In this document: piece after piece, positions 44,820 through 54,743 of the stretch
How positions within the stretch are numbered: the first letter of the stretch is position 1
Layout: each line of letters starts with the position of its first letter
Assembly (NCBI GenBank): GCA_049301315.1
Contig: JBAQKU010000373.1
Coordinates: forward strand, 3,787 to 67,786
DNA: 64,000 bases
Source of the DNA: Telluria sp.
GTDB taxonomy: Bacteria; Pseudomonadota; Gammaproteobacteria; Burkholderiales; Burkholderiaceae_D
Direction of reading: 5' to 3'
The notes under the pieces: generated by a model
Told to the model about the DNA's origin: nothing
Database searches by the model: none
Seen by the model: the letters and a program-made list of their open reading frames with translations, nothing else
Translations under genes and position numbers: made by a program

Positions 44820-45017
44820 CCGGATCGATTGCCCATGAAACACCTGCACAGAAACACGGGAGACCTGGCAGTTTTTTCGGATATCGTGGCGCCACGCTCA
44901 CTCAAATACTCAAATGGCTTGTGTGGGGGCAATGCGGTACAATTCGTTGGGCGCAGCTATTGGTCAATTGTGGTCCTTCGCCTGCGATTAACATATCAAA
45001 ATTGCAGGGCGCCATCG

Positions 45018-48017
45018 ATGACTGAGCAAGAAATAGAACAAAGCTTCATCAACAAACTGACGCAGCTTAAATACGCGTACCGCCCGGACATCACGGATCG
45101 GGCCTCGATGGAGCGCAACTTCCGCGAGAACTTCGAAGCCTTAAACCGTGTCAATCTCACAGAGGGCGAGTTCAAGCGCCTCCTTAAGGAAATTATCTCC
45201 CCGGATGTGTTCACCGCTGCCCGCACGCTACGCGAGCGCAACAGCTTCACCCGCGACGACGGCACGCCGCTCAATTACACCTTGGTTAACATCAAGGACT
45301 GGTGCAAAAACACCTTCGAAGTCATCAACCAGCTTCGGATCAACTCCGACAACAGCCACCATCGTTACGACGTCATTGTTCTTATCAATGGCGTGCCGGT
45401 TGTACAGGTCGAGCTGAAAACCCTGGGCATCAATCCGCGCCGGGCGATGGAACAAATCGTCGACTACAAAAACGATCCTGGCAACGGCTATACCCGGACG
45501 CTCCTCTGCTTCCTCCAGCTCTTCATTGTGAGCAATCGCGACAGCACTCACTACTTCACCAACAATAACGCCCGCCACTTCGCCTTCAACGCCGACGAGC
45601 GCTTCCTGCCGATTTATCAGTTCGCTAGCGAGGACAACAAGAAGATCGCTCACCTCGATGACTTCGCGGACAGCTTCCTCGTCAAATGCACACTGGCCCA
45701 GATGATTAGCAGGTACATGGTGCTCATCGCCAGCGAACAGAAGCTGATGATGATGCGCCCGTATCAGATCTATGCGGTCAAGGCCATCGTGAACTGTATC
45801 CACCAGAACTGTGGCAACGGCTACATCTGGCATACCACTGGCAGTGGTAAAACGCTTACATCCTTCAAGGCATCTACGCTGCTAAAGGACAACCCCGACA
45901 TCGAAAAATGCCTCTTCGTCGTGGACCGCAAGGACCTGGACCGGCAGACGCGCGAGGAGTTCAACAAATTCCAAGAAGGCTGCGTGGAGGAAAACACCAA
46001 CACCGGAACCCTCGTCCGCCGTCTCCTCTCTGATGACTACGCCGACAAGGTCATCGTCACCACCATTCAGAAGCTCGGCCTCGCGCTGGATGAAAACAGC
46101 AAGCGCAACAAGCAGCAAAAAAGGGATGGCAAATCCACTTACAAAGAGCAGTTGGAGCCGCTTCGCGACAAACGCATCGTCTTCATCTTCGACGAGTGCC
46201 ACCGCTCACAGTTCGGCGAGAACCACAAGGCAATCAAGGAATTCTTCCCACAAGCCCAGCTCTTTGGCTTCACCGGCACCCCCATCTTTGAGGTGAACTC
46301 GACCGCGAAGCAGTTTGAGGGGGAGGTGGGGCAATTCAAGACCACGGTGGACCTTTTCCAAAAGCAGCTACACGCCTACACCATCACCCACGCCATCGAG
46401 GATGCGAACGTCCTGCGCTTCCATGTGGACTACTTTAAGCCCGAGGGGAAAGGCGCGCCCAAGCCCGGCGAGAGCCTCGCCAAACGCGCCATTGTTGACG
46501 CCATTCTGACCAAGCACGATACCGCCACTGGCGGACGCCGGTTCAATGCCCTGCTCGCCACAGCCTCCATCAATGACGCCATCGAATACCATGCCCTTTT
46601 CAAGGCCCATCAGGCCGAGAAACAGGCTGCCGATCCCGACTTCCAGCCGTTGAATATCGCCTGCGTCTTCTCCCCGCCCGCCGAAGGTGATAAGGACGTG
46701 CAGCAGATTCAGGAAGACCTGCCGCAGGAAAAGGAGGACAACGCCGTCGAGCCCGAGAAGAAAAAAGCAGCCCTCAAGGCCATTCTTGCAGACTACAACG
46801 CGAGCTTCGGCTCCAATCACACTGTCAGCGAGTTCGATCTCTACTATCAGGATGTGCAAAAGCGCATCAAAGACCAGCAATGGCCCAACGCCGACCACCC
46901 CCATGCGCAGAAAATCGACCTTACCATCGTGGTGGACATGCTCCTCACCGGCTTCGATTCCAAATACCTGAATACGCTATACGTGGACAAAACCCTCAAG
47001 CATCACGGCTTGATCCAGGCCTTCTCCCGCACCAACCGCGTGCTCAACGGCACCAAGCCCTACGGCAATATCCTCGACTTCCGCCAGCAGCAGGATGCCG
47101 TGGATGCCGCCATCGCTCTGTTCTCGGGAGAAAATGCTGGGCCCCAAGCCCGCGAAATCTGGCTCGTGGACAAAGCCCCCGTGGTCATCGAAAAACTGCA
47201 AGGCGCGGTGCAGAAGCTGGACGCTTTCATGAAATCCCAGGGACTAGCCTGCGCCCCGGAGGCCGTGCCCAACCTCAAGGGCGACGAAGCCCGCGCCGCC
47301 TTCATCAACCACTTCAAGGAAGTGCAGCGGCTCAAGACCCAGCTCGACCAATACACTGACCTCTCTGACGACAACGCTGCCGCCATCGAGCAAATTCTGC
47401 CGAAGGAAAACCTGCTCGGCTTCCGTGGCGCCTACCTAGAGACCGCACAGCGCTTCAAGGAGCAGCAGGGCAAAGGCACCCATAAGCCCAGCCCGGACGC
47501 GGACCAGTTGGATTTCGAGTTCGTCCTCTTTGCCTCCGCCGTCATTGATTACGACTACATCATGGGCCTCATCGCCCGCTTCACCGAGCAGACACCGGGC
47601 AAGCAGAAGATGAGCCGCGAGCAGCTCGTCGGCCTGATCCAGTCCGACGCCAAGTTCATGGATGAACGGGAGGACATCGGCGCCTACATTGCCACCCTGA
47701 AGGCAGGGGAAGCCCTCAGCGAAGTGACCATTCGCGAGGGCTACCAGCGCTTCAAAGCCGAGAAACAGTCCGAAGAACTTGCCGACCTCGCCAATCGCTA
47801 CAGCCTTGGAACCGCCGCCCTCCAAGCATTCGTGGACGGCATCCTCTTGCGCATGATTTTCGATGGCGAGCAGTTGGTCGAACTCATGGCCCCTCTGGGC
47901 CTCGGCTGGAAAGCCCGCACCCAAAAGGAACTTGCCCTCATGGCCGAACTCGCCCCGCTCCTGCGCAAACGTGCCCAAGGTCGCGACATCTCAGGACTCA
48001 GCGCGTATGAGCAATAA
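45018..48017 (+). CDS. hsdR: Type I restriction enzyme R subunit
   Basis: I use the ATG at 45018 (MTEQEIEQSFINKL...). It has an N-terminal nuclease-type region (RYDVIVLINGVPVVQVELK), HTTGSGKT (motif I) and FIFDECHRSQ (DEAH-type). Length is 999 aa. Confidence 0.9.
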   Translation: MTEQEIEQSFINKLTQLKYAYRPDITDRASMERNFRENFEALNRVNLTEGEFKRLLKEIISPDVFTAARTLRERNSFTRDDGTPLNYTLVNIKDWCKNTFEVINQLRINSDNSHHRYDVIVLINGVPVVQVELKTLGINPRRAMEQIVDYKNDPGNGYTRTLLCFLQLFIVSNRDSTHYFTNNNARHFAFNADERFLPIYQFASEDNKKIAHLDDFADSFLVKCTLAQMISRYMVLIASEQKLMMMRPYQIYAVKAIVNCIHQNCGNGYIWHTTGSGKTLTSFKASTLLKDNPDIEKCLFVVDRKDLDRQTREEFNKFQEGCVEENTNTGTLVRRLLSDDYADKVIVTTIQKLGLALDENSKRNKQQKRDGKSTYKEQLEPLRDKRIVFIFDECHRSQFGENHKAIKEFFPQAQLFGFTGTPIFEVNSTAKQFEGEVGQFKTTVDLFQKQLHAYTITHAIEDANVLRFHVDYFKPEGKGAPKPGESLAKRAIVDAILTKHDTATGGRRFNALLATASINDAIEYHALFKAHQAEKQAADPDFQPLNIACVFSPPAEGDKDVQQIQEDLPQEKEDNAVEPEKKKAALKAILADYNASFGSNHTVSEFDLYYQDVQKRIKDQQWPNADHPHAQKIDLTIVVDMLLTGFDSKYLNTLYVDKTLKHHGLIQAFSRTNRVLNGTKPYGNILDFRQQQDAVDAAIALFSGENAGPQAREIWLVDKAPVVIEKLQGAVQKLDAFMKSQGLACAPEAVPNLKGDEARAAFINHFKEVQRLKTQLDQYTDLSDDNAAAIEQILPKENLLGFRGAYLETAQRFKEQQGKGTHKPSPDADQLDFEFVLFASAVIDYDYIMGLIARFTEQTPGKQKMSREQLVGLIQSDAKFMDEREDIGAYIATLKAGEALSEVTIREGYQRFKAEKQSEELADLANRYSLGTAALQAFVDGILLRMIFDGEQLVELMAPLGLGWKARTQKELALMAELAPLLRKRAQGRDISGLSAYEQ

Positions 48018-49290
48018 AGAGGAAGAAACGACGATGAAGCCAGACGGCAAACCCTCGTTGACGCCCAAGCTGCGCTTTCCGGAGTTTCGGGATGCGGAGG
48101 GGTGGGAGGAGAAACAGGTCGGCGACTTCTTGAGCGAGAGCCGATTGCCCGGAAGCAAAGGGAACGTCGCCAAAAAAATAACCGTCAAACTTTGGGGAAA
48201 TGGAGTATTCGAGAAAAGCGAAGCCGTTCAAGGCAGTATCAACACTCAATATTTCAAGCGCAAATCTGGGCAGTTCATTTACAGCAAACTTGATTTTCTC
48301 AATCAGGCTTTTGGTGTTATTCCGCCCAGCTTGGACAACTTCGAGTCAACGGTTGATTTGCCATGCTTTGACATCGCTGACGGCCTGAATTCCGTCTTCT
48401 TGCTCGAATACGTTATGCGGAAAGACTTTTATGAAAAGCTTGGGGAAACTGCCGACGGCAGCAGAAAGGCGAGGCGCATCCATGCCGAAACCTTCCTCTC
48501 GTTCTCAATAGCGCTTCCCACTCCCCCCGAGCAACAACGCATCGCCGATTGCCTGAGCGCCGTGGACGAGCTGATTGCCGCCCAAGCCCGGAAACTGGAC
48601 GCGCTCAAGACCCATAAAAAAGGACTGATGCAGCAGCTTTTCCCCCGCAAAGGCGAAACCCAACCCCGCCTCCGCTTCCCCGAATTCCAAGACAAAGGGG
48701 AGTGGGTTAATGACTCGCTAGGAGCCATCTTCGACACATCTTCTGGAGGCACCCCTGACCGTTCCAATGAGGAGTATTGGAATGGAAATATCCCGTGGAT
48801 TACGACTTCGCGAGTCGCCTTTAATATCATCACAGAAGCAGACGAGTTAATTACCGATGCAGGATTGAAGAATTCATCAGCAAAGGTTTTTCCGGAAAAG
48901 TCCATTCTGATCGCAATGTATGGCCAAGGTAAGACACGCGGACAAGTTGCGATGCTTGGGATTAAGGCCGCGACCAATCAGGCATGTGCTGCCGTCCTTC
49001 CGAGGAAAGACATTGATCCGCGTTTCGTGTTTCTGAATCTTGGAAGTCGTTATGAAGAAATGCGCGGCTTGAGCAATAGTGGTGGGCAAGAGAACTTGAG
49101 CCAAGGACTTATTCAGGGACTTCAATTTTCGTATCCGAAGGACGTTGTGGAACAACATCGCATCGCCGACTGCCTCACCTCCCTCGACGAACTCATTGCC
49201 GCCCAAAGCGCCAAGCTCGAAGCCCTCAAGACCCATAAGAAAGGGCTGATGCAGCAACTTTTCCCATCCCTAGAGGAGGTTGAAGCATGA
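48007..49290 (+). CDS. hsdS: Type I specificity subunit
   Basis: It has two target-recognition halves, each followed by the conserved helix RIADCL..LDELIAAQ..KL.ALKTHKKGLMQQLFP. The start overlaps the hsdR stop (alternative ATG at 48034). Confidence 0.85.
   Translation: MSNKEEETTMKPDGKPSLTPKLRFPEFRDAEGWEEKQVGDFLSESRLPGSKGNVAKKITVKLWGNGVFEKSEAVQGSINTQYFKRKSGQFIYSKLDFLNQAFGVIPPSLDNFESTVDLPCFDIADGLNSVFLLEYVMRKDFYEKLGETADGSRKARRIHAETFLSFSIALPTPPEQQRIADCLSAVDELIAAQARKLDALKTHKKGLMQQLFPRKGETQPRLRFPEFQDKGEWVNDSLGAIFDTSSGGTPDRSNEEYWNGNIPWITTSRVAFNIITEADELITDAGLKNSSAKVFPEKSILIAMYGQGKTRGQVAMLGIKAATNQACAAVLPRKDIDPRFVFLNLGSRYEEMRGLSNSGGQENLSQGLIQGLQFSYPKDVVEQHRIADCLTSLDELIAAQSAKLEALKTHKKGLMQQLFPSLEEVEA
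48529..48644 (+). repeat. hsdS internal conserved repeat, copy 1 (116 nt)
   Basis: Direct repeat with 49150-49265. It encodes EQQRIADCLSAVDELIAAQARKLDALKTHKKGLMQQLFP. Confidence 0.8.
49150..49265 (+). repeat. hsdS internal conserved repeat, copy 2 (116 nt)
   Basis: It encodes EQHRIADCLTSLDELIAAQSAKLEALKTHKKGLMQQLFP, and its nucleotide similarity to copy 1 is obvious by eye. Confidence 0.8.
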
Positions 49291-50525
49291 GCGGCATCCG
49301 CACTTACAAGAGCTTAGGAACCTTGGTGAGCCGTCTTCGCGACGATCTCAACCAGAGCGAGACCGAATCCAAAAAGAAAGTTATTAATAAACCAGCAACT
49401 ATCCTGCTTCTCTATGCCTACAACCGCACCGGCAAGACCAGACTCTCCATGGAGTTCAAGGACGCAGGCAAGCGTAAGACCAAGAAGAACCCCGCAGGCA
49501 ATGCCGACACACTCTACTTTAATGCGTTCACTGAGGACCTATTCACTTGGGAAAACGATCTGGAAGGCGACAGTGTCCGCCAGCTCTTGCTCAACAAAAA
49601 TTCAAAGTTCTTCGAGGCTCTAAATGGGCTTGCTCTGGACCAAACCATCGCTGTCTACCTCAGTCGTTACACCGACTTTGAGTTCGATATCGACTACGAG
49701 TCATGGAAGATCACCTTTCGCAAAGTCGAGGCGGAGAACATCAAGATATCACGGGGCGAGCAAAACATCTTCGTCTGGTGCCTCTTCATGGCCATCTGCG
49801 AGCGTATGCTCGACGGCCACGAATCCTATCAATGGGTGAAGTTTCTCTACATCGACGACCCCATCTCCTCCCTCGACGACAACAACGCCATTTCTGTTGC
49901 CTGCGACCTCGCCAAACTCCTGCGCCGCGCAGCGAGCCGGAAGGACAGCAACGGTGCTCCTGCCCCCATCAAGATTATCTTCTCTTCCCACCACGCCCTC
50001 TTTTTCAACGTGATGTGCAATGAGATCGGCAGGTCAAAGGAGGGGGAGCCCAAAGTCACTCACAAGCGCTACTTCCTTCACCGCCCAAATGGCGAAGGCG
50101 GCTATACTCTTCGTGCCACCGAAGACACTCCGTTTTTCCACCACGTCGCGACCCTCGCCGAACTAAAGCGTGCCGCAGATCTCGACAACGGGAAGCTCTA
50201 TACGTTCCACTTCAACGCTCTGCGCAGCATCATGGAGAAAACGGCCTCATTCTTCGGGCACTCAGAAATTTCCTTCTGCCTTAAAGCTCTTGAAAACGAG
50301 GATGATAGAGCGCTCTACAACCGCGCCCTCAACCTGCTTAGCCACGGCAAGTACGCCATTCAGGAACCCACCGAAATGGGCGACGACAACAAAGACCTCT
50401 TTCGTCGCATTCTTGGAGATTTCGTGACCAAATTCCAATTCGCCCTGCCGGACATTGTGAAGACATCTCCAGCCGCAGCGGCGCCCGCACCAGCACCAGC
50501 ACCCGAGGAAACCGCAACATCATGA
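49287..50525 (+). CDS. prrC: PrrC-like anticodon nuclease / ABC-type ATPase embedded in the R-M operon
   Basis: 412 aa with ATGA overlaps to hsdS and hsdM. ATPase motifs are the P-loop AYNRTGKT, an ABC-signature-like ISRGEQ and Walker B FLYIDDPISSLDD. The C-terminal LRSIMEKT...LNLLSHGK reproduces the R-x3-E ... H spacing I remember for the EcoPrrC nuclease motif. Confidence 0.6.
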   Translation: MSGIRTYKSLGTLVSRLRDDLNQSETESKKKVINKPATILLLYAYNRTGKTRLSMEFKDAGKRKTKKNPAGNADTLYFNAFTEDLFTWENDLEGDSVRQLLLNKNSKFFEALNGLALDQTIAVYLSRYTDFEFDIDYESWKITFRKVEAENIKISRGEQNIFVWCLFMAICERMLDGHESYQWVKFLYIDDPISSLDDNNAISVACDLAKLLRRAASRKDSNGAPAPIKIIFSSHHALFFNVMCNEIGRSKEGEPKVTHKRYFLHRPNGEGGYTLRATEDTPFFHHVATLAELKRAADLDNGKLYTFHFNALRSIMEKTASFFGHSEISFCLKALENEDDRALYNRALNLLSHGKYAIQEPTEMGDDNKDLFRRILGDFVTKFQFALPDIVKTSPAAAAPAPAPAPEETATS

Positions 50526-52135
50526 GCGACCAGGACCAAAAACAACTCGGGAAAATTCTCTGGAACATTGCCGACCAATTGCGTGGCGCGATGGACGCGG
50601 ACGATTTCCGCGACTACATGCTGTCGTTCCTGTTCCTGCGCTACCTCTCGGACAACTACGAGGCGGCGGTCCAACGCGAATTGGGCGCGGACTATCCAAA
50701 GCTAGAAGTCGATGGACGCCGCGTGCCTCTCGCCCTCTGGTATGCGAACAACTCCAACGATGTTGTCGAGTTTGAAAAGCAGATGCGGCGCAAGGTGCAT
50801 TACGTCATCAAGCCGGAATACCTCTGGACCAGCATCGCCAACATGGCCCGCCGGCAGGACGGGGAGCTGCTCAACACCCTGCAAGCGGGCTTCAAATACA
50901 TCGAGAACGACTCCTTTCAAAGCACCTTCCAAGGGCTGTTTTCCGAGATTGATCTGGCCTCCCATAAGCTGGGCAAAACCTATGCCGACCGTAACGCAAA
51001 GATCTGCACCATCCTCCAAAAGCTCGCGGAGGGCTTGGCCGAATTTTCCACCAACATTGATGCTCTTGGCGATGCCTACGAATACCTGATCGGCCAGTTC
51101 GCCGCCGGTTCCGGCAAGAAGGCGGGCGAGTTTTACACCCCGCAGCAGATTTCCGACATTCTCTCTGCCATCGTCACTCTGGACAGCCAGGAACCCGCAA
51201 CCGGCAAGAAGCCGCGACTGGAGAAAGTCCTCGACTTCGCCTGCGGCTCCGGCTCCCTGCTCCTTAACGTGCGAAAGCGCATGGGAGCGAATGGCATCGG
51301 CAAGATTTATGGACAGGAAAAGAACATCACCACCTACAACCTTGCCCGCATGAACATGCTGCTGCATGGGGTGAAGGATTCGGAGTTCGAGATTTACCAC
51401 GGGGACACCCTGACCAACGACTGGGACCTCCTGCGCGAACTCAACCCGGCCAAGAAGCCCTACTTCGACGCCATCGTCGCCAATCCGCCCTTCAGCTACC
51501 GGTGGGACCCCGCCGACGCGATGGGCGACGATGTGCGTTTCAAGAACCACGGCCTCGCCCCCAAATCCGCCGCCGATTTTGCCTTCCTCCTGCACGGTTT
51601 CCACTTCCTGAAAGACGAAGGTGTGATGGCGATCATCCTGCCCCACGGCGTGCTCTTCCGTGGCGGCGCGGAGGAACGCATCCGCACCAAACTGCTCAAC
51701 GACGGCCATATCGACACCGTCATCGGTCTGCCCGCCAATCTATTCTATTCCACGGGCATCCCGGTCTGCATCCTCGTGCTCAAGAAGTGTAAGAAGCCGG
51801 ACAACGTGCTCTTCATCAACGCCAGCGGCCCGGAAAACTTCGAGAAAGACAAACGCCAGAACCGCCTCACGGATGAGCACATCGCCAAGATCATCGACAC
51901 CTACCAATTCCGCAAGGAAGAGGATCGCTATTCCAAGCGAGTCTCAATGGAGCGAATCGCCGAGGAAGGATACAATCTGAATATCTCTCGCTACATCAGC
52001 ACGGCGATCACGGAGAATGAGATTAAGTTGGAAACAGTTAATGCCGAATTAGTGACACTGGAGAAAGACATTAAGTCAGCACGGGATAAACATAATACTT
52101 TTCTGAAAGAACTGGGGCAGCCCGCCTTGCCGTGA
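50522..52135 (+). CDS. hsdM: Type I DNA methyltransferase M subunit (N6-adenine)
   Basis: 537 aa. It has VLDFACGSGSLLL (motif I) and IVANPPFSYRW (NPPF, motif IV). Confidence 0.9.
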   Translation: MSDQDQKQLGKILWNIADQLRGAMDADDFRDYMLSFLFLRYLSDNYEAAVQRELGADYPKLEVDGRRVPLALWYANNSNDVVEFEKQMRRKVHYVIKPEYLWTSIANMARRQDGELLNTLQAGFKYIENDSFQSTFQGLFSEIDLASHKLGKTYADRNAKICTILQKLAEGLAEFSTNIDALGDAYEYLIGQFAAGSGKKAGEFYTPQQISDILSAIVTLDSQEPATGKKPRLEKVLDFACGSGSLLLNVRKRMGANGIGKIYGQEKNITTYNLARMNMLLHGVKDSEFEIYHGDTLTNDWDLLRELNPAKKPYFDAIVANPPFSYRWDPADAMGDDVRFKNHGLAPKSAADFAFLLHGFHFLKDEGVMAIILPHGVLFRGGAEERIRTKLLNDGHIDTVIGLPANLFYSTGIPVCILVLKKCKKPDNVLFINASGPENFEKDKRQNRLTDEHIAKIIDTYQFRKEEDRYSKRVSMERIAEEGYNLNISRYISTAITENEIKLETVNAELVTLEKDIKSARDKHNTFLKELGQPALP

Positions 52136-52244
52136 AGCTTAATGCGAATCAATAGTAGTGCACAATTCTGCGTTGAACTACCGCTTCCCCGTTTTCTACC
52201 GTTAGCTTTGTAGAGTCGGGTGTGTCCGCCAAAGGGGGAAATGA

Positions 52245-52832
52245 TCACGGGCGACCGCCGACCAGCAGTTGGCGCGGCACATAGGTGGCGCCCTGCCAGG
52301 TGGTCGGTCGGGTCTGCTCGGGCGCCGGTGTGGCGACTAGCTCACCGCAGTAAATGCGCGTGGCTGAAGAGGGCGTGGGGGCGGCGCCAATCAGCGCGAA
52401 ATCATGGGCCGGATATCGCGCCATCAGCCAGTCGGCCCACTTGGCTGCACGCCATATCAAGTCTGCCCGGTACACACCGTTAAATTTCGGGTTGCGCGAA
52501 TGGTAGTTCGCGGCGCGTGTCCACAGGTCCCCTCGATCCTTTGTGATGTGCTGCCTAAGCCGCCACGACGCTAGGTCGTAGGGGTAGCAGCCGGCAGCTG
52601 CCACGTCGGCCGGCGTAATTCCAAATCGTGCCAACCCGGCCAAGTAGGCCGTGTTGAACTGGAGCGGGCCCACGTCGTGCGTGCCGTTGGCGTTGCGCAC
52701 CCACTGCCCTGGCCGACCGGCTTCCTTTTCGGCGACCGCGAGGACGATGTTCGCCGGGATCTCGTACTTCGCCGCGGCGGAGATCGAGCACACGATCCGC
52801 TCTTGCATCTGCTGTGGCATGTCAATTGGCAT
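52245..52832 (-). CDS. trbN: TrbN-like lytic transglycosylase (VirB1 analogue)
   Basis: 195 aa. It has an SLT-type core (LAVAEKEAGRPGQW...GPLQFN) and is the last gene of the trb block. Confidence 0.75.
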   Translation of the reverse strand: MPIDMPQQMQERIVCSISAAAKYEIPANIVLAVAEKEAGRPGQWVRNANGTHDVGPLQFNTAYLAGLARFGITPADVAAAGCYPYDLASWRLRQHITKDRGDLWTRAANYHSRNPKFNGVYRADLIWRAAKWADWLMARYPAHDFALIGAAPTPSSATRIYCGELVATPAPEQTRPTTWQGATYVPRQLLVGGRP

Positions 52833-52869
52833 AGTAGAAGTCCTTGGTGGCCTCCTTCGATCTGATTAC

Positions 52870-54516
52870 TCAAGAGGATCTTGAATCGCGGTCGCGGAAG
52901 GCTGCAATCTCAGCTGCGGCATCCACTATCTTGCTGCCAGCGGATAGGCTGTTGCTGTCGAACGTTGCCGACTCCTCTCCCGCTTTGGCCGCGGCCGCGC
53001 GGACCTTGATAGCGGTGGCGATCTTACCGCCAGTCGTCTCGCTAATCCGATCCATCGCCGATTCCTTTATTGCACCCGCCTTTGCCTTAGTCACGTCCCA
53101 CGAACCTTGCGCGAGATTGACTGCGGTTCCAGCAGCCACCTTGGCAACCTTGGCCGCGATGGCGCCAGCTGCTGCCATCGTGCCGCCGGACTTCACCTCA
53201 TCAGGTGAACTGCTTTCATTGGGCGCCGTTCCCTTATCTGACAAACTGCCGCTCTCAGTGCCACGATCGGCGTTCGTGGCTGACGCACCAGGACGCGCTT
53301 CCTCCGCCATGTCCGAAGAACTGGCCGATTTGAATGAGCCCGATCCAGACTGGCTCGAACTGGATGAATTAGTGTGCATGTCACCCATCGCCGAGGCAAG
53401 AGAACTCCCGCCGCCGTTACCGCCACCACCGCTGTCGCCGGCGGCCCCGCCACCCGCAGCAGCCATGATTGCAGCCGATGCACCGCCACCCGCGCTCTCT
53501 GAGGCGTTAGCTTTCGAGAAGGCGGCCATCAAAGCCTGCGCGCCACCAGCCATGCCGGCGGCCCCCGCTGCAACTGCGGCGCCTGCCGTGCCTAACGCCG
53601 CAGCGCCCATGGCTGCTGCGCCCAATGCCGCACCAGCCCCAAATCCACTTCCCAACGAACCGGTATGGCCCCCGGCCAGGCTGCCGATCAGACCAGGGAT
53701 GGTTTTAACGAGCGCTAACATGATGGCCGCGACAACAAGCATCACCCCCAGCTCCTTGATGCTAATGCCAGCGCTCATCGACGCATAGTACTGATCCACG
53801 AACGACTTGCCGATCCCAACGATCAACACCATCGTGAAGAGCTGGGCCGCAATATTCAAGACTGTTTTGAAGTACCCAATTGCCATGTCGGAAGTCCAAC
53901 GCGATCCGCCGAAACCGAGAAAGAAGACTCCCGCGTAGGCAAGAATCCAGCCGCTGATAAGTAGCAGCAACATGTTCACGCCGACCAAAGCGAAAACTAC
54001 AAGGATGATTGCGCCGATGGTGATGCCGCATGCGCTATCGACCGGTGACCAAACCGAGGACTGGTCGAGCACCTTGAAGAATATATCGAAGCCAATATCG
54101 ACGATCCCCGATGGCGCAAGCGAATTGCCGAGGCCGGTGGCTTCCGCGGCAATCTGACGCAGCGATTTCATGATGGAGACCGCGAAGTCCGGACCGTTCA
54201 GCAGCAACCACCAGAAGAAGCCGGTAAAAATCGTGAAGCGTACAAACTCGGCAAAGAATTCGCCAAGATCGGCTTTCCGGAGCGCCATCATCCCAAACGT
54301 CCAGACCATACTAATAACTGTCAATGTCCAGAACAGCCATGTCGCCCGCTTGGTGATGATGGCGCCCCAGGCGGAAGCCGCCGCAGAGTAACGGGACAGC
54401 ACGTTATCCATAATGCCGGCATTGTCGATCGCGGCAAACGCCTGAGCGGAAAAGAATGCCAGACAAAGAAGCAGCAGCACCGATGGACAACGTCTAAGGA
54501 TGACTGGCGCTCTCAT
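52870..54516 (-). CDS. trbL: TrbL (VirB6-like polytopic membrane protein) with Gly/Ala/Ser-rich C-terminal half
   Basis: I use the ATG at 54516 (MRAPVILRR..., signal-like). It has multiple TM segments followed by long low-complexity G/A/S tracts. Confidence 0.85.
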   Translation of the reverse strand: MRAPVILRRCPSVLLLLCLAFFSAQAFAAIDNAGIMDNVLSRYSAAASAWGAIITKRATWLFWTLTVISMVWTFGMMALRKADLGEFFAEFVRFTIFTGFFWWLLLNGPDFAVSIMKSLRQIAAEATGLGNSLAPSGIVDIGFDIFFKVLDQSSVWSPVDSACGITIGAIILVVFALVGVNMLLLLISGWILAYAGVFFLGFGGSRWTSDMAIGYFKTVLNIAAQLFTMVLIVGIGKSFVDQYYASMSAGISIKELGVMLVVAAIMLALVKTIPGLIGSLAGGHTGSLGSGFGAGAALGAAAMGAAALGTAGAAVAAGAAGMAGGAQALMAAFSKANASESAGGGASAAIMAAAGGGAAGDSGGGGNGGGSSLASAMGDMHTNSSSSSQSGSGSFKSASSSDMAEEARPGASATNADRGTESGSLSDKGTAPNESSSPDEVKSGGTMAAAGAIAAKVAKVAAGTAVNLAQGSWDVTKAKAGAIKESAMDRISETTGGKIATAIKVRAAAAKAGEESATFDSNSLSAGSKIVDAAAEIAAFRDRDSRSS

Positions 54517-54526
54517 TGTTAGCTCC

Positions 54527-54733
54527 CTACCATTTTTTCTCTGGGCTTGGTTTGTAGACTGGGCCGCTGCGCGGACATTTCTTGAGCAGTTCGGCCTTTT
54601 GTACTGGATCGGTAATCTTTTCAAGATCAGCACACGTCGGACTCGCCACTGGCGGCCTATCGCCGCAGCCTGCAAGGAGCAACGTGTTCATCAGTACGAA
54701 CACGGCGACGATTGAATTTTTTTGGCTCATCAT
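54527..54733 (-). CDS. trbK: TrbK-like entry-exclusion lipoprotein
   Basis: 68 aa with the lipobox LLLAGCG. Size and position between trbJ and trbL match RP4. Confidence 0.55.
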   Translation of the reverse strand: MMSQKNSIVAVFVLMNTLLLAGCGDRPPVASPTCADLEKITDPVQKAELLKKCPRSGPVYKPSPEKKW

Positions 54734-54743
54734 TAGTCTCTCC

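Noticed and set aside
50702-51709. 335-aa minus-strand ORF
   Set aside because: It is a shadow ORF opposite hsdM, which carries unambiguous NPPF and FxGxG motifs.
52844-53788. 314-aa plus-strand Ala/Pro-rich ORF
   Set aside because: It is the reverse complement of the Gly/Ala/Ser-rich low-complexity half of trbL, so it is an artefact of that repeat composition.
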